A stretch of 64,000 nt of DNA, from positions 10,420 to 74,419 of the forward strand of contig JAFSTO010000032.1 in the NCBI GenBank assembly GCA_017450435.1, read 5' to 3'. This DNA comes from Paludibacteraceae bacterium. Its GTDB lineage: Bacteria; Bacteroidota; Bacteroidia; Bacteroidales; Paludibacteraceae. Under the pieces are notes generated by a model. It was not told the origin of the DNA. It made no database searches and worked only from the letters and a program-made list of their open reading frames with translations. Every line of letters starts with the position of its first letter. Positions within the stretch are counted from its first letter, which is position 1. Both the position numbers and the translations under genes were made by a program. Of this stretch, positions 60,692 through 64,000 are shown piece by piece.

Positions 60692-60764
60692 TTCATTCGG
60701 GGTGCCTGAGGGCTGAGAATAAACCCGTTGAACCTGAGCAGGTAATGCTGCTAAGGAAAATGAA
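60692..60764 (+). promoter_or_regulatory. TPP (THI-box) riboswitch
   Basis: UUCAUUCGGGGUGCCUGAGGGCUGAGAAUAAACCCGUUGAACCUGAGCAGGUAAUGCUGCUAAGGAAAAUGAA carries the conserved GGGGUGC, CUGAGA, ACCC, AACCUGA, UAAUGC and terminal AGG(G/A)A blocks. The P1 arms TTCATT (60692-60697) and AATGAA (60759-64) include the ATG at 60760. Confidence 0.88.
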
Positions 60765-63129
60765 AAATCAGTCTTTTAATGTACAGCGTACAAGCTGCGA
60801 TGTACGCCGTTTCTTAGGCAGTGCTATGTGTTTGGTAGTACTGCTTTTTTCTGTGCAATTGAGTGCGCAGACTTCCGTGTCAAACACCCTGCTTCATGAT
60901 GATGCCTTTGGGGCCGCCGGTGATGCACAAGTCAGTAACCAAGACACAGCGGTGTTAACCATCTTAATGCGTCAGTTAGAGGATGTGGTGGTCACCGCTC
61001 CTGTGATGCAGACGACAGTCAGCAAGCAGGAGATGACGCACGCTGAACTCAATCGCGACAACACAGGGCAGAACCTGCCGTATCTGTTGTCGGTTACACC
61101 GGCACTTGTCGCAACCAGCGACGACGGACTTGGTGTAGGATACACTTATTTTCGTGTGCGTGGCACAGACCACACGCGTATCAACATAACTGTGAACGAT
61201 GTTCCCTTGAACGACGGCGAGAGCCAAACGGTGTTCTGGGTCAATATGACGGACATAAGTTCGAGCATGAGTAGCATCAACGTACAGCGTGGTGTGGGAA
61301 CGAGTACCAACGGGTCTGCTTCGTTTGGTGCGAGTCTTAATATGAGGACAGACGCTCTGCCTGCCCCTGTTTCTTCTGAACAGGATGGCTCAGAAGGTGA
61401 CAGGAGTCGTCTGACTTTGGCATTCAATGGCGGTATGTACAACACTTTCCGCGAGATGGTAAATGCGCATGTAGTGCTGCCGGGCAGGTGGAAAGCCAAC
61501 GCAAGGTTTTCGAAGGTCAATTCTGACGGATTCCTCTACCACTCTAATAGCGATCTGTATAGTTACTTTGGCGATTTAGGGTGGTACGGCAAGAGGACTG
61601 AGGTGGTAGCGCGAATTTTCGGAGGCAAAGAGAAGACGGCGCAAGCCTGGGAGGGTGTGGATTACAACACAGCATACGGCATCAATGGTGCAGACAGACG
61701 TTATAACCCTGCCGACTCGCTCAACTGGGACCTATACGCCCAGCAGAATGTCCAGATTGCCGTGACCCACCGTTTCACTACGCGCTGGAGCATGAACGCC
61801 ACGTTACATTACACCCACGGCAAAGGCGACTATGAGCAATACAAGAAGAAGAAATATAGCTACTGGGGTCTTGATGACAGCGGCAAGACTTACGGTTTCT
61901 ACCAAAAATGGTTGGAGAATCATTTTGCGGGCGCTGTGCTTTCTGCCAAGTATATATCAGAGAATGTGGATGCGCAGTTCGGAGCAGCCGCCAACGACTA
62001 CATTGGTGCTCACTGGGGGATTTTGGATTATTTAGCTACTCCCTCGGCTACTGCCCTGCCTTTTCATTATGAGTATTATCGCAACAGCGCCAATAAGATA
62101 GATGCCAATACCTACGCTAAAGCCAATTGGCGTATCCTCAATCGCGCACAAGAGAAACTGAGTCTGTATGCTGACTTGCAGTATCGCTTCATACGCTATT
62201 CGATGAAGGGTATAAGTGACGACAGTATGATGGAGCTGCCGCTTTCCAAGGATTTTCACTTCTTCAACCCCAAAGCCGGCCTTACCTATCAGAACAGAGG
62301 TCACCTGTTGGCGGGGTCGTTTGCTATCGCCAATCGTGAGCCGAGTCGTGCCAATTACACGGAGAACATTTACTACGACAAGACGACGGAAAGCTACGTA
62401 GGCAAGATGCCGGAAGCCGAGCGACTGTATGACTATGAGTTGGGCTATTCATATTCACACAGACGTTTCCATGTCGGGCTTAACCTCTATTTCATGGATT
62501 ATGACAATCAGCTTGTCCTTACGGGTGAATACAACGACGTGGGGCAATACAAGACGATGAACGTGAAGGACTCTTATCGTATGGGTGCAGAACTGACAGC
62601 CGGAGTGAAGATAACGGATTGGTTCAGCTGGGAAGGAAACATGGTGGTGAGCCGCAATAAGATACAGAACTACAAACAGTATATCGACCTTTACGATGAC
62701 CAGGACAATTGGAATTGGGTAGGGCAGGATAGCGTTGTAGGCGAGGCAACGATAGCATTCTCGCCGACCATCACAGCGATGAGTCTTTTTACATTCGACT
62801 ATGCAGGTTTTGTGGGCACTATACAGACCAACGTTGTCGGAAAACAATATCTGGATAACAGTATGGACAAGAATGCTATGCTCAGAGCATACACCACCAC
62901 TAATGTGAACCTGCAATACAGTCTGCCTGTCAAATCGAGACTCGAGAAGCGGAGGAGGATAGCGGTTCCGGATGTTAAGTTGCTCTGCCAAATTAATAAT
63001 ATCTTCAATAGCAAATATGCCGGCAACGGTGGTGCTGAGTCCAGCCGTTTTGCCGATGGCAGCCGTTGTGTCTGGTATTATGCTCAAGCCGGAATAAACG
63101 TGCACGCGGGTTTCGTTATCACCTGGTGA
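60760..63129 (+). CDS. TonB-dependent outer-membrane receptor under TPP riboswitch control (candidate thiamine or thiamine-precursor transporter)
   Basis: Signal region, plug block NLPYLLSVTPALVATSDDGLGVGYTYFRVRGTDHTRINITVNDVPLND, beta-barrel body, terminal GFVITW. The start is set to the ATG at 60760 (MKNQSF) because 60745 lies inside the riboswitch. Confidence 0.85.
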   Translation: MKNQSFNVQRTSCDVRRFLGSAMCLVVLLFSVQLSAQTSVSNTLLHDDAFGAAGDAQVSNQDTAVLTILMRQLEDVVVTAPVMQTTVSKQEMTHAELNRDNTGQNLPYLLSVTPALVATSDDGLGVGYTYFRVRGTDHTRINITVNDVPLNDGESQTVFWVNMTDISSSMSSINVQRGVGTSTNGSASFGASLNMRTDALPAPVSSEQDGSEGDRSRLTLAFNGGMYNTFREMVNAHVVLPGRWKANARFSKVNSDGFLYHSNSDLYSYFGDLGWYGKRTEVVARIFGGKEKTAQAWEGVDYNTAYGINGADRRYNPADSLNWDLYAQQNVQIAVTHRFTTRWSMNATLHYTHGKGDYEQYKKKKYSYWGLDDSGKTYGFYQKWLENHFAGAVLSAKYISENVDAQFGAAANDYIGAHWGILDYLATPSATALPFHYEYYRNSANKIDANTYAKANWRILNRAQEKLSLYADLQYRFIRYSMKGISDDSMMELPLSKDFHFFNPKAGLTYQNRGHLLAGSFAIANREPSRANYTENIYYDKTTESYVGKMPEAERLYDYELGYSYSHRRFHVGLNLYFMDYDNQLVLTGEYNDVGQYKTMNVKDSYRMGAELTAGVKITDWFSWEGNMVVSRNKIQNYKQYIDLYDDQDNWNWVGQDSVVGEATIAFSPTITAMSLFTFDYAGFVGTIQTNVVGKQYLDNSMDKNAMLRAYTTTNVNLQYSLPVKSRLEKRRRIAVPDVKLLCQINNIFNSKYAGNGGAESSRFADGSRCVWYYAQAGINVHAGFVITW

Positions 63130-63180
63130 GATGTGAGGCCGTCTCTGCTGTCAGCCGAACACCTCGCCGGATATGACAAA

Positions 63181-63210
63181 AGAACGCAAGCGTTGTTTCG
63201 CTTGCGTTCT
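63181..63210 (+). terminator. intrinsic terminator-like hairpin after the TonB-dependent receptor gene
   Basis: AGAACGCAAGCG (63181-63192) pairs with CGCTTGCGTTCT (63199-63210). The following T/G-rich tract TCCGTTGTTGTG is not a clean U-run. Confidence 0.55.
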
Positions 63211-63409
63211 TCCGTTGTTGTGTGTGATTGCGGCAATGTAATTGCCGCGCAATGGACGGAGAGACAATGTACACCGGGCGGTGTACAAAGGACGGTACAA
63301 ACCCCGTTTGATACCTCAACTCACGTCTTTTTTGCGAGATTATCAACAAAACTGATAGGATATTTGATAAAAATGGAGTAATTTTGCACTTGACAAAACA
63401 ATAACAATA

Positions 63410-63922
63410 ATGAAAACTATCTACGAATGTTCACACGGAAAATCCATCAAATGGGTCACTTTCTATTTTCTGCTGGTGGTGTCGGCTTGTATTGTCTGGG
63501 AGGTGTGGAGCGTGTCAACTACAGGCAACTGGCTTACGGCAGTGTTAGTGATTGCTCTGTTGCTGGCGGTCTTGTTGCTGTGTTTTATGGTGTATCCTCA
63601 ATATGTAATTGCCGATGAAGAGGGATTGGGTATCCACACTCTTCTTCGAACTATTCGTATTCCTTACGCTGATATTGAGCGCATCGAACGTGCGCCGGAA
63701 GATTTTATGAGCGGGATGGGTGCCATCCGTTTTTTTGGCATAGGAGGAGTACTCGGTTATATAGGACTCTTCCGCACCAAAGGTTACGGCACCTATATAG
63801 CGTATGTGACAGACCGCACTAAGGCGTTTATTATTCACCGTAAGAATGGCAGGCCGATTGCAATAAGTGTGGCTGAACCGGATGAGTTTATGCCGTATTT
63901 TCTTAAAGGCGGAGACAAATAA
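63410..63922 (+). CDS. small membrane protein with a bacterial PH-like domain (hypothetical)
   Basis: Two TM helices (WVTFYFLLVVSACIVWEVW, LTAVLVIALLLAVLLLCFMVY), then an ~100-aa soluble part. ADEEGLGIHTLLRTIRIPYADIERIE...RPIAISVAEPDEF resembles bPH-family proteins. A -7 box TAATTTTG lies at 63379-63386. Confidence 0.45.
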   Translation: MKTIYECSHGKSIKWVTFYFLLVVSACIVWEVWSVSTTGNWLTAVLVIALLLAVLLLCFMVYPQYVIADEEGLGIHTLLRTIRIPYADIERIERAPEDFMSGMGAIRFFGIGGVLGYIGLFRTKGYGTYIAYVTDRTKAFIIHRKNGRPIAISVAEPDEFMPYFLKGGDK

Positions 63923-63933
63923 GCAAGACGGAT

Positions 63934-64000
63934 ATGGATATTCTTCAGGATTTTTCGACAGCACTGCTCCAGGCTCGTCATCGTAAGGGCTCTACGCAGG
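63934..64000 (+). CDS. start of an XRE-like helix-turn-helix protein (3' end outside the window)
   Basis: Manual translation from the ATG at 63934 gives MDILQDFSTALLQARHRKGSTQ..., which resembles the N-terminus of XRE-family HTH proteins. Only 22 codons are visible. Confidence 0.3.
   Translation, partial: MDILQDFSTALLQARHRKGSTQ

Noticed and set aside
63133-63381. 82-aa + strand ORF (and 63119-63349 on the - strand) after the TonB-dependent receptor
   Set aside because: The region contains two strong hairpins (63181-63210 and 63231-63249), consistent with a terminator or intergenic region. The ORF has no promoter box and no protein motif.

Overview
The window looks like a Bacteroidales chromosome segment, possibly Prevotellaceae-like. 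This is an inference from a SusC/SusD pair, repeated promoter boxes of the form TTG-N20-TAnnTTTG, leaders without Shine-Dalgarno sequences, and T9SS-like C-terminal tails. GC is about 50% by eye.

Nt 1-18,000 (+ strand) is an ordinary envelope and housekeeping block. It holds a histidine kinase (5' partial), a secreted CE8 pectinesterase, rnhB, a deacetylase-like ORF, sppA, lpxK, an MsbA-like ABC exporter, a flotillin, a TamB-like giant protein and a YifB/ComM ATPase.

Nt 18,027-44,223 is the accessory part. It is about 26 kb of genes all on the - strand, driven from a susC promoter. In order it encodes SusC, SusD, a Big_2 lipoprotein, GH128 and an 845-aa repeat protein, followed by the only obvious terminator. 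It then encodes a 1223-aa multidomain protein, a GH2-malectin enzyme, a 751-aa repeat protein, two giant paralogs (1151 and 966 aa) and a 297-aa beta-barrel candidate. A DUF6377-type regulator is divergent from susC.

The most unusual content in this block is threefold:
- An unassigned Cys-bracketed module of about 120 aa is present eight times in three proteins.
- The paralog pair has shared N- and C-terminal modules.
- Many of the proteins share a short T9SS-like tail.

Nt 44,000-64,000 holds tatA/tatC, an SDR plus uxuA, an esterase, a ferredoxin below the 60-aa ORF cutoff, an M24 aminopeptidase, nadC, korAB and a lipoprotein. It also holds a repeat-built secreted protein, a TPP riboswitch controlling a TonB-dependent receptor, a PH-like membrane protein and the start of an XRE-like gene.

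I saw no rRNA, tRNA, CRISPR array, integrase or transposase. Recurrent noncoding signals include octamer or decamer periodic tracts in gene leaders, a perfect 40-bp tandem duplication, and an interspersed AGAGACGG/CCGTCTCT hairpin element.
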